NCBI GenBank assembly: GCA_038878695.1
Contig: JAVZVD010000002.1
Span: forward strand, 158,734-198,733
DNA from: Fervidicoccaceae archaeon
GTDB lineage: Archaea > Thermoproteota > Thermoprotei_A > Sulfolobales > Fervidicoccaceae
Reading direction: 5' to 3'
Length of the DNA: 40,000 nucleotides
Program-made: the position numbers and the translations under genes
The notes under the pieces: generated by a model
What the model was told of the DNA's origin: nothing
Database searches by the model: none
The model's input: the letters and a program-made list of their open reading frames with translations, nothing else
Part shown: positions 16,196 to 24,424 of the stretch, in pieces
Numbering within the stretch: position 1 is the first letter of the stretch
Layout: every line of letters begins with the position of its first letter

Positions 16196-16696
16196 ATGCC
16201 CGATCGGGGAGCTGTCGAGGTCGACGAGCTGGACCTCGCCTTAATCGAGGCCCTCAGGAGGAACGCCAGAGCGAGCCTGCGCGAGATAGCCAGGCAGATC
16301 GGCCGATCTCCCTCCGTCGTCTTGAGCAGGCTGAGGAGGCTCGAGTCCGAGGGCGTGATCAGAGGCTACACCGCTCTGATCGACTACAAGAAGATAGGCT
16401 ACGACGTCTGCGCCCTCACGCTGCTCCAGGTCGACGGAGCTCACATAGCCGAGGTCGAGAGAGCCCTCGCCTCCGAGCCCAACGTTAGGATCGTGTTCGA
16501 CGTGACCGGAGAATACGACGTGGCAGCGATAAGCGTCTTCAAATCGGTCTCGGAGCTGGACTCGTTCATCAAGAGGACCCTCGGCAACCCCCACGTGAGG
16601 AGGTCCGTCACGAATCTCGTGCTCAGAGTGGTCAAGGACGAGCCGCACGTGAGCCGCCCCCTCGTCGAGCGCGAGAGGAGCGGGCGCGGCGCTTGA
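16196..16696 (+). CDS. Lrp/AsnC-family transcriptional regulator
   Basis: LDLALIEALRRNARASLREIARQIGRSPSVVLSRLRRLESEGVIRGY is the HTH, followed by a RAM/ACT-like domain (LLQVDGAHIAEVERALASEPNVRIVFDVTGEYD). Start chosen at ATG 16196 because the track starts (16133/16166) overlap the TATA-like box; this choice is uncertain. Confidence 0.8.
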   Translation: MPDRGAVEVDELDLALIEALRRNARASLREIARQIGRSPSVVLSRLRRLESEGVIRGYTALIDYKKIGYDVCALTLLQVDGAHIAEVERALASEPNVRIVFDVTGEYDVAAISVFKSVSELDSFIKRTLGNPHVRRSVTNLVLRVVKDEPHVSRPLVERERSGRGA

Positions 16697-16828
16697 GGTC
16701 GAGTCGAACTTCGGGCCTCGCCGCCTCGAAGATCGTCGGCGGAGAGAGCGAGGTCTGGAGAGTCGCGTGAGAGAATCGCGAGACCTTTTAATAGCGATCT
16801 AGACGAGAGAGCGAGGAGGGCGGTTGGA

Positions 16829-17392
16829 TTGCCGAGATACGCGGTCTTGGTCATAGACATGCTCGAGGACTTCGTGCGCGGCTCTCTCAAGTGCGAGCGA
16901 GCTCTCTCCATAATTCCCAACCTCAAGAGGCTCCTCGATAGGGCCAGGAGGCTGGGCGTCCCCGTCGTGTACGCCAACGACGCGCACGTGCCCGGCGTAG
17001 ATCACGAGTTCAAGCTCTGGGGCCCCCACGCCGTGAGAGGGACGGAGGGGGCTCGCGTGGTCAGAGAGCTCGAGCCTACGAGCGCGGACTACGTGGTCGA
17101 GAAGAGGAGATATAGCGCGTTCTTCGAGACGGGCCTGGATCTCCTCCTGAGAGAGCTCGGCGTAGCCTCCGTGGCTCTCGCGGGCCTTCACACGAACATA
17201 TGCGTGAAGCACACCGCCGCCGACGCGTTCTACAGAGGATACGAGGTAATCGTGCTCAGAGACGCCGTCCAGGCCTTCACCGACGAGGACCACGAGTGGG
17301 GCCTCAAGTACATGGAGAAGGTCTACGGGGCGAAGATCGTGACCGTCGACGAGTTCCTCGCGATGGTCGAGGGAGAGAGGGCGAGGGCCTGA
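16829..17392 (+). CDS. Isochorismatase-family cysteine hydrolase (nicotinamidase-like)
   Basis: 187 aa. AVLVIDMLEDF, VVYANDAH, KRRYSAFFETGLDLLLRELGV and LAGLHTNICVKHTAADA (catalytic Cys context) are present. Confidence 0.75.
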   Translation: MPRYAVLVIDMLEDFVRGSLKCERALSIIPNLKRLLDRARRLGVPVVYANDAHVPGVDHEFKLWGPHAVRGTEGARVVRELEPTSADYVVEKRRYSAFFETGLDLLLRELGVASVALAGLHTNICVKHTAADAFYRGYEVIVLRDAVQAFTDEDHEWGLKYMEKVYGAKIVTVDEFLAMVEGERARA

Positions 17393-17501
17393 GCTCGAAG
17401 GGGGGCGAGACGCCGATCGCCGAAGCCCCAGTCAGTCGAGCTAGCTCGACCGGTTTAAATTCGAGCGCAGCGTCGAGGATCTCCCCCGAGACGGGCCGCC
17501 G

Positions 17502-18713
17502 GTGCGCGCCGTGCCGTTGATAGCTCACATAGCCGATACGCACTTGGGCTACGCTCAGCTCTCCCTAGAGGAGCGCGAGGAGGACGTCTACTCGCTCTTC
17601 GAGGAGGCGGTGAGAAGGGCGGTCCTCGAGGAGAGAGCGGACCTAGTCGTTTTGTCGGGCGACGTCTTCGATAAGCCGAGGCCCCCCAACAAGGCCCTGG
17701 TGCGCTTCAGGAGAGCCCTCGAGGTGGCCGAGGAGAGAGGAGTCAAGGTCGTGGCGGTGGCCGGGGAGCACGACCTCGTCAAGACGAGGAGAGACGTGAG
17801 CGTGCTCGAGGTGGCCCCCCTGCTCGTCGAGGGGCTCGTCGTCCTCTGGCCCCCCGGCTCGAGCGGTAGACCTCACAAGCTCGAGGTGAGGACCTCGAGC
17901 TCGACTCTGGTGCTCTACGGGGCTCCGGCCTACCCGAGGACTCCTCAGAGGCTCGAGCACTACAGAGGCCTCTTCGCACGCTACGAGCGCGAGGCGAGGG
18001 CCGAGGAGGGAGTCAAGGTCCTCGCGGCTCATCTACCGGTGGAGGGCTTCATGAGCTCGGAGTTCGAGCCCAGCCTGCCTCGAGCTCATCTGCCCCGCGG
18101 CTTCTCGTACTACGCTCTAGGCCATCTCCACGCCAGAGCCTGGGCGAGGACCGAGGAGGGGGCCCTCTTGGCCTACCCGGGCAGCATCGACGTGCTGAAC
18201 AGAGGAGAAATAGAGAGCTGGAGGAGAGAGGGCAAGGGCTTCTACCTCGTGGATCTCTCGGGCGACGAGGCGAGGATCGAGAGGGTGGACCTAGACGTGA
18301 GGCCTCAAATAGCGATAGAGGGGGAGCTCGGCGAGGTCTTGACGTTGCTAGGGAGAGAGCTCGGGGCTCTCGAGCGTAGGAGGCCTCTCGTCTTCCTCGA
18401 GGTGGAGGTGGAGAGCGGGCAGAGAGACAGAGCGAGGGCCGAGATCGAGAAGATGCTGCGCGGCAGAGTGCTCGACTACAGGCTCGTGCTGAGAGAGAAG
18501 ATGATCGAGCTCGGCCCGGTCTCGTTCTCGGCCTCGAAGTCGCGCAGCGAGGTCGAGGTCGTGTCGAGCATCTTGGGCTTGAGCGAGGAGTTGGCGAGAG
18601 CTCTCGTGGAGCTGAAAGCCTGCCTCGCCTCGCGCAGGAGCGCCGACGAGTGCAGGGTCGAGGTCGAGCGCTACCTCGAGCTGATCGAGAGCGGGGGGAG
18701 GAGGGGGGCGTGA
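17502..18713 (+). CDS. mre11: Mre11 DNA double-strand-break repair nuclease
   Basis: 403 aa. Phosphoesterase motifs are present: HIADTHLG, LSGDVFD, VAGEHD, GHLH. Confidence 0.85.
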   Translation: MRAVPLIAHIADTHLGYAQLSLEEREEDVYSLFEEAVRRAVLEERADLVVLSGDVFDKPRPPNKALVRFRRALEVAEERGVKVVAVAGEHDLVKTRRDVSVLEVAPLLVEGLVVLWPPGSSGRPHKLEVRTSSSTLVLYGAPAYPRTPQRLEHYRGLFARYEREARAEEGVKVLAAHLPVEGFMSSEFEPSLPRAHLPRGFSYYALGHLHARAWARTEEGALLAYPGSIDVLNRGEIESWRREGKGFYLVDLSGDEARIERVDLDVRPQIAIEGELGEVLTLLGRELGALERRRPLVFLEVEVESGQRDRARAEIEKMLRGRVLDYRLVLREKMIELGPVSFSASKSRSEVEVVSSILGLSEELARALVELKACLASRRSADECRVEVERYLELIESGGRRGA

Positions 18714-21481
18714 TAGTCGAGAGGATCAGGCTCGAGGGCTTCAGGAGCTACTACGAGGCCTCGGAGATCGAGCTGGGAGAGGGGCTCACGGTGATCATCG
18801 GCGAGAACGGAGCCGGTAAGTCCAGCATAGTCGAGGCGCTCTACTTCGCTCTGCTGGGCGAGCTCCTCCGGGGGAAGATCGAGGAGGTGCTCAATAATCG
18901 AGGCAGACCGCTCGAGGTCAGAGTTCGGCTGCGCGGAGACAGGGGGATCGTCGAGATCGCGAGAGGGAGGGGGAGGAGGCCTCAGCACTCCTTCGATGAG
19001 CTCAAAGTGGACGGAAAGCTCGTCGCGCGCGGCGCGAGGGAGACCACGAGCTTTCTGGCCGAGAGGGTGCTCGCTCTAGGACCCGAAGGGGCCTCGGCCC
19101 TCGAGAGAGTCCTGAGGACTTGCGTCGTCTCTCAGGGAGGCCTCGCGGAGATCATATCGATGCTGAGCAGGCCCGGAGCCAGGCTCCAGGACTGGGTCAA
19201 CGAGCAGCTGGGCCTGAAGGACTACGAGCTAGCTTACGAGAGGCTCGGGGAGCTATCGCTGGAGGCCCCCAAGCTCAAGAGCTCAGCGCTCTCCGTGGCC
19301 CTCGGCTCCCCCTCCTATAGAGTCACCGAGGAGGGGCTGAGGTCCCTGAGAACGGACCTCGAGAGAGGCGAGAGGATTCTGCGAGAGAGGGAGAAGAGGA
19401 GGGGGGAGTTGGAGAAGAGGAGGGGGGAGATCGAGGAGGGCGCGAGGCGGCTGAGGAGAGAGCTGGAGGAGGTCGAAAGGAGGCGCGAGGAGCTGAGGAG
19501 AGAGCTGGAGGAGGTCGAGGAGAGAGGCAGGAGAGCGAGGGAGCTTGAGGCCTCAATAGCCACCCTCGAGCGGGAGGTCTCCGCGGAGAGGGAGGCTCTA
19601 GCGAGAGCCGAGGAGAGGCTGAGGGCCCTCGGAGCCCCCCTCGTGGGGGAGGCCGAGCTCGAGAGGATCGAGGCTCTCGCCAAGGTCTCGGCCGAGCTCG
19701 AGAGGCTCGGAGCTCTCTCGCGGGCCCTCTCGCCCGCGTTCGAGGAGGCGATCGAGCTGAGGTCTCTCGTCGAGATCCTAGAGTCCGAGGGCCTGGCGGT
19801 CAGCGAGGATTTCTCCGCTCTATCGAAATCCGTCGAGAGAGCTCTGAGAGAGCTCGAGTTCTCGCGGAGCGAGGCCGAGAGGCTCTCGAGAGAGCTCGAC
19901 AGAGTGAGGAGAGAGCTCGAGGAGCTCGCGCGGAGAGCGGCCGAGGCTGCTAAGAAGATGGGCGCGACCGCCGACGCCGGGCCCCCGCCGACGGATCTCG
20001 AGGCCTACGGCGAGCTCGCCGACTTCCTCGAGAGGAGAGCGGAGGAGATCGTCGAGAGGCTCGTGAGCGAGGTCAGCTCGCTGGAGAGCAAGAGGGTCAG
20101 CGCCGCGAGGGGGGTCTGCGTGGTGTGCGGGGGTCTCCTAACCGAGGAGAGGAGGCGTAGGATGCTCGAGGAGGCGTCGAGCAGGCTTGCGCCGAGGGAG
20201 AGGGAGCTGGCGGAGGCGAGGAGCTCGCTAGGAGAGCTGAGGGAGATTCTCAGAGAGCTCAGGTCGAGGCTTGCCGAGGCCTCGGACCTCTCGAGGAGAC
20301 TCGAAGAAGCGGCCAGGAGGGCGTCCGAGGCGTCTAAGATGGGGGGAGAGGAGGTCCTCAGGAGGAGGCTCGAGGTCCTCGAGAGGGTCGGGGAGCTCGC
20401 GAGGTCTCTATTGACGGACCTCAGAAGATGCGAGGCCCTGGGGCTCGCTCGAGCCCCCGAGGTCGGAGAAGTCGGGGAGCTCGTCGCGAGAGCTCGCGAG
20501 GTCGCGGCCTGGGCCGAGGGGCTCTCGGGGGAGCTCGCCGAGCTCTCGGGGGAGCTCGCCGGAGAGCGCTCGAGGCTTCTCGAGCTCATGCCGCCGGAGC
20601 TGAGGCCCGAGGTCGAGAAGAAATCGGCGAGGGAGCTCGAGGAGCTGGCCAGAGCGCTCAGGGAGAGGCTGAGGCGCCACTCCGAGATCGCGAGCGAGAT
20701 GGAGAGCAGGAGGAGGAGGCTGGAGAGGCTCGAGTCCGAGTTGTCCTCTCTCCGTTCTCAGCTCGAGTCCCTCAAATACGACGAGGTCAGGCACCGAGAA
20801 CTCAGGAGGGAGCTAGACGCCCTCTCGTCGAGAGCGGGGGAGCTCGCGGGCTCGATCGCCTCGCTCGAGAGCGAGCTGAGGCGGTGCGAGGATGAGCTGA
20901 GGTCGCTCGAGGCCGATCTGTCAGCCTCGAGGGAGGACCTGGAGAGCTTGGCGAGGCTCGGCGGGAGACTCGAGGCTCTGCTGAGGCTCAGGGGCCTCTT
21001 TCACAGAGAGGGCCTGCCGGCGAAGATAAGGAGATACGCGTTGAAGAGGGTCGAGGTCGAGATGAATAGGCTCCTTCAATTATTCGACCTAGAGTACAGA
21101 GAGGTGGAGATCGGAGAGGACCTGAGCCTGAGGTTCCTGGGGCCGAGGGGGTCCGCCTCTTTCTCTCAGCTGAGCGGGGGGGAGAGCGTGGCCGCCGCGA
21201 TATCGTTCCTGCTGGCTCTCAGAAGGACCGTCGAGGAGCTTCTCATCGGCAAGAGCGTCCTCGGCTTCATGGTCTTGGACGAGCCGACGATCCATCTCGA
21301 CGACGAGAGGAGAACGGCCCTCGCTAGAATATTCTCGGAGTTCCAGGGAGGCAGGGTGATACCTCAGCTCATCGTCGTGACCCACGAGGACGACATGAAG
21401 GAGGTGGGGGACTCGGTGGTGCTGGTCGAGAGAGTCGGGGGAGCGTCGAGGGCGAGGAGGCTGGAGGCCGAGGTCTCTTGA
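18710..21481 (+). CDS. rad50: Rad50 ATPase
   Basis: Start re-set to GTG 18710, overlapping the mre11 TGA (GTGA). Walker A is GENGAGKSS. The zinc hook CVVC lies at codons 470-473 of 923 within a long E/R/L coiled coil. The signature is LSGGES and Walker B is FMVLDEPTIHLD. Confidence 0.9.
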   Translation: MIVERIRLEGFRSYYEASEIELGEGLTVIIGENGAGKSSIVEALYFALLGELLRGKIEEVLNNRGRPLEVRVRLRGDRGIVEIARGRGRRPQHSFDELKVDGKLVARGARETTSFLAERVLALGPEGASALERVLRTCVVSQGGLAEIISMLSRPGARLQDWVNEQLGLKDYELAYERLGELSLEAPKLKSSALSVALGSPSYRVTEEGLRSLRTDLERGERILREREKRRGELEKRRGEIEEGARRLRRELEEVERRREELRRELEEVEERGRRARELEASIATLEREVSAEREALARAEERLRALGAPLVGEAELERIEALAKVSAELERLGALSRALSPAFEEAIELRSLVEILESEGLAVSEDFSALSKSVERALRELEFSRSEAERLSRELDRVRRELEELARRAAEAAKKMGATADAGPPPTDLEAYGELADFLERRAEEIVERLVSEVSSLESKRVSAARGVCVVCGGLLTEERRRRMLEEASSRLAPRERELAEARSSLGELREILRELRSRLAEASDLSRRLEEAARRASEASKMGGEEVLRRRLEVLERVGELARSLLTDLRRCEALGLARAPEVGEVGELVARAREVAAWAEGLSGELAELSGELAGERSRLLELMPPELRPEVEKKSARELEELARALRERLRRHSEIASEMESRRRRLERLESELSSLRSQLESLKYDEVRHRELRRELDALSSRAGELAGSIASLESELRRCEDELRSLEADLSASREDLESLARLGGRLEALLRLRGLFHREGLPAKIRRYALKRVEVEMNRLLQLFDLEYREVEIGEDLSLRFLGPRGSASFSQLSGGESVAAAISFLLALRRTVEELLIGKSVLGFMVLDEPTIHLDDERRTALARIFSEFQGGRVIPQLIVVTHEDDMKEVGDSVVLVERVGGASRARRLEAEVS

Positions 21482-22617
21482 TGAGCGAGCTCCTCGAGGT
21501 CTTGGCGGCCAGGAGGGGCGAGCTCGAGAAGAAGATAGCCAGGCTCCTCGAGGAGGGGGGCCGAGGAGTCGGCGTAAAGTGGAGGCCTCTCCCCGAGCTG
21601 GAGCGCTTCCCCAGACCCGAAGGCCTGGTGGTCTCGGCAGTCGACGGGGGGAGCAACAGGAGGTCCCTGCTCTCGCTAGAGGTCTACGTCGTGAAGGCCT
21701 ACTCCGAGTCTGCGAGATTGCTCCCGAGCCTCGCGCTCGAGCCCCTCAGGAGGCGCAGGATCATAGACGTGGACGTCATGCTCCCTCCCCGCAACGTCGG
21801 CGAGAGGCTAACGCTCTACAGGCAAGTGGCCGAGGTCAAGCTGATGCTCGCCTCGGCGAGCTCATCGGATTTGATCCTCGCGGACGGGAGCGTGGAGTCT
21901 CTCGCGGCTAGGCCCATTCACGTCAAGCTGGTGGAGCTCGACCGAGGCGGGGGCCTCGTGCCGGACTGCGAGGAGCTCGCCTCGGAGATAGAGCGCGACC
22001 TGGCCTCGGGCAGCCCGAGAGCCATGGTCTCGAAGCCTCTGATCGAGGAGCTGGCTTCGACCGAGCGAGCGAGAGAGGAGCTCGCGGAGGAGATAAGACT
22101 CGTCGAGGCCGCGGAGAAGGCCGCGTCGCTCAAGCTCCTGCTCGACGCCGTGGCGGAGCGAGGAGCGAGCCTAGTCTTCGTCACGAAGACCGGGCGCTCG
22201 AACAGGCTCTTTGGGGCCTCGGTCCCCGACCAGTACGTGCTGCACGTCTCGACGAAGTCGTCGGGCTACTGCCGAGTCGGGGAGCCGAGCAGTCTCGCTG
22301 AGCTGCTGGGAGCGGGTCTCCTCCCGAGGTACTGCGGCCTTAGGAGCGCGGCCGAGAGGGTGATCGCCGAGAGAGGCTACGTGAGGCTCGCGCCGGGAGG
22401 CCCCGTGCTCGGGATCGACCTGATCGGCCCGAGCTCTTCGAGGAGACCTCTCGAAGAGGTCCTGCCTCTGCTCTCCGCCCTGTCGCCGAGCGGCTACCCG
22501 ACGCTTCTCCAGCTCGTGGACCGCGAATCTCACATATACAACGAAGAGGTAGATAGGGTGGTGACTGCGCTGGGCCTCTCGACGGAGTTTACGGGCAGGG
22601 AGGTGTTGGAGCCCTGA
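21478..22617 (+). CDS. nurA: NurA 5'-3' nuclease
   Basis: 379 aa. The ATGA overlaps the rad50 stop. VSAVDGGSN and LILADGS are typical NurA acidic motifs, and the gene sits in the mre11/rad50/herA cluster. Confidence 0.7.
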   Translation: MMSELLEVLAARRGELEKKIARLLEEGGRGVGVKWRPLPELERFPRPEGLVVSAVDGGSNRRSLLSLEVYVVKAYSESARLLPSLALEPLRRRRIIDVDVMLPPRNVGERLTLYRQVAEVKLMLASASSSDLILADGSVESLAARPIHVKLVELDRGGGLVPDCEELASEIERDLASGSPRAMVSKPLIEELASTERAREELAEEIRLVEAAEKAASLKLLLDAVAERGASLVFVTKTGRSNRLFGASVPDQYVLHVSTKSSGYCRVGEPSSLAELLGAGLLPRYCGLRSAAERVIAERGYVRLAPGGPVLGIDLIGPSSSRRPLEEVLPLLSALSPSGYPTLLQLVDRESHIYNEEVDRVVTALGLSTEFTGREVLEP

Positions 22618-22646
22618 GGTCGGCCGAGGAGGTCGCGGAGATAGGC

Positions 22647-24293
22647 GTGGTCATCGGCGAGACCACCCCAGGGAGGGCTCTGTTCCTAGCCAAGAGGCCC
22701 CCGAGGCTGGGAGAGTTCGTGATCATAGAGCACGACGAGGGATTCGTCCTGGGTATGGTCGAGGACTCGGTCGCCGGGAGCCCCTTCATATCGGACGACT
22801 CGACGGACATCGAGGCGGTCTCCAAGATGCTGCAGATCGTCGGCAGGGACAGGTTCTACCTGAAGGGCTCGGCCAGGACCCTCTCGAGGCTCGAGGACCT
22901 CATGGTCAGGAGGAAGGTGCGACCGGTCAAGACGCCGCCGAGGCCTGGAGCGAGAGTATTCGAGGCCGACGAGGGGGTCCTGAACAGGATATTCACGCCC
23001 CCCGGTCGTCCGCTGCTCGGCGGCGAGGCTTACTACGACGAGAAGACCAGGAGGGGCTACGTGAGAATAGGGTCTCTGGCCACGAATCCCAACGTCCCGG
23101 TCTACGTCAGCGTCGATAAGCTCGTGGCCCGCCACTGCGCCGTCCTGGCCATGACTGGGGCCGGCAAGTCGAACGCGGTGGCCGTGCTCTCGAATAGGAT
23201 AGCCAGAGCCTTCGGCGGGACCATCGTGATATTTGACTTCCACGGAGAGTACCTCGACGCGTTCGACAGCGAGGTCTCCAACGTGATAGAGCCCAGAATA
23301 AACCCCGACTCGCTCAAGCTCCACGAGATAGGGGCTCTCGCGAGCATCGTGCCGTCTTATCACAAGCAGTACAGAGCTCTGCGAGCCCTCTACGGACTCG
23401 CCAGAGCCCTCAGGAGCTCGGGGGAGGGCGGTGGGAAGAACGTCGTTGAGCTCATGATAGAGCTCGCGGACGCGATCGAGGACCGCGAGGCCGGGGAGGG
23501 GCTCCGCTCGCTCCTCGCCTCCTCGATCGCCCGGCCAGAGAGGCTGCCCTCGGAGGCCGAGGAGCACTATCGCAGGCTCGTTAAGCTCAGCTCCGACGTG
23601 TTGCACGAGGTGGCGGGGAAGCTCGAGGACCTCCTCTCCAGGTACAGAGGCTTCTTGAGCTCGAGCGCTCCCCGCGATCTCTCGAGGCTCATCGTGCCGC
23701 GCAAGCTCAACGTCGTGGACCTCTCGCACGTCGATAGGGAAGGCTGCGACGTCTTCGTGTCCTTCGTCTCGAGGAGCCTCCTCGAGGCCAGGAAGAGGTG
23801 GGTTGTGAGCGGGGGGCGCGAGGGCTACCCGACGCCCGCCCTCCTCGTCCTCGAGGAGGCCCACACGCTCGTGCCGAAGGGGGAGGAGCAGACGAACACG
23901 AAGACCGTGTTCTCACAGATAGCGAGAGAGGGGAGGAAGTTCGGCGTGGGCCTATGCCTCGTGAGCCAGAGGCCCAAGAGCCTCGACGAGAACAGCCTCA
24001 GCCAGACGTGCAGCAAGATAGTCCTCAGGATCGTCGAGCCCGAAGACCAATATTATGTTCAGAGGACTAGCGAGCAGCTCAGCCGGGAGCTCGTCTCGCT
24101 TCTGCCGAGTCTCGACGTGGGCGAGGCCGTGGTCTTCGGCGAGTTCGCTCTCTTTCCAGCCCTCGTCAAGATCGACGAGTTCGGGGCGAAGAGCATGGGC
24201 AGAGACCCCGACGTCGTGGGGGAGTGGCTGAAGACTTCGAGAGAGAGCGGCCGAGAGCTCGATGAGTTCATCGAGATGCAGTTCTCGAGCTGA
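22647..24293 (+). CDS. herA: HerA hexameric DNA helicase/translocase
   Basis: 548 aa. The N-terminal barrel reads GVVIGETTPGRALFLAKRPPRLGEFVIIEHD. Walker A is AMTGAGKSNAV and Walker B is LLVLEEAH, followed by REGRKFGVGLCLVSQRP. Confidence 0.85.
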   Translation: MVIGETTPGRALFLAKRPPRLGEFVIIEHDEGFVLGMVEDSVAGSPFISDDSTDIEAVSKMLQIVGRDRFYLKGSARTLSRLEDLMVRRKVRPVKTPPRPGARVFEADEGVLNRIFTPPGRPLLGGEAYYDEKTRRGYVRIGSLATNPNVPVYVSVDKLVARHCAVLAMTGAGKSNAVAVLSNRIARAFGGTIVIFDFHGEYLDAFDSEVSNVIEPRINPDSLKLHEIGALASIVPSYHKQYRALRALYGLARALRSSGEGGGKNVVELMIELADAIEDREAGEGLRSLLASSIARPERLPSEAEEHYRRLVKLSSDVLHEVAGKLEDLLSRYRGFLSSSAPRDLSRLIVPRKLNVVDLSHVDREGCDVFVSFVSRSLLEARKRWVVSGGREGYPTPALLVLEEAHTLVPKGEEQTNTKTVFSQIAREGRKFGVGLCLVSQRPKSLDENSLSQTCSKIVLRIVEPEDQYYVQRTSEQLSRELVSLLPSLDVGEAVVFGEFALFPALVKIDEFGAKSMGRDPDVVGEWLKTSRESGRELDEFIEMQFSS

Positions 24294-24424
24294 TGGAGGC
24301 TAGGGGTCGCCGAGCGATTTAAACCCTATTCTCCTATTTTATATGGGTTAATTATCGATTTAATAATTCTTATTTCAGAGAATCGAATATTAGTTGCAAA
24401 AATCCTTCGAGCCGCGGGGAGAAA
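24294..24424 (+). promoter_or_regulatory. AT-rich promoter region of the transporter gene
   Basis: This is the most AT-rich 130 nt in the window. TATA-like boxes include ttttatat (about 24338-24345) and gaatattag (24384-24392). The latter lies 33-41 nt before TTG 24425. Confidence 0.4.

Noticed and set aside
22686-23864. 392-aa minus-strand ORF antisense to herA
   Set aside because: The composition is implausible (runs of R, P, G, E) and no domain is recognisable. The opposite strand encodes HerA with Walker A/B motifs.
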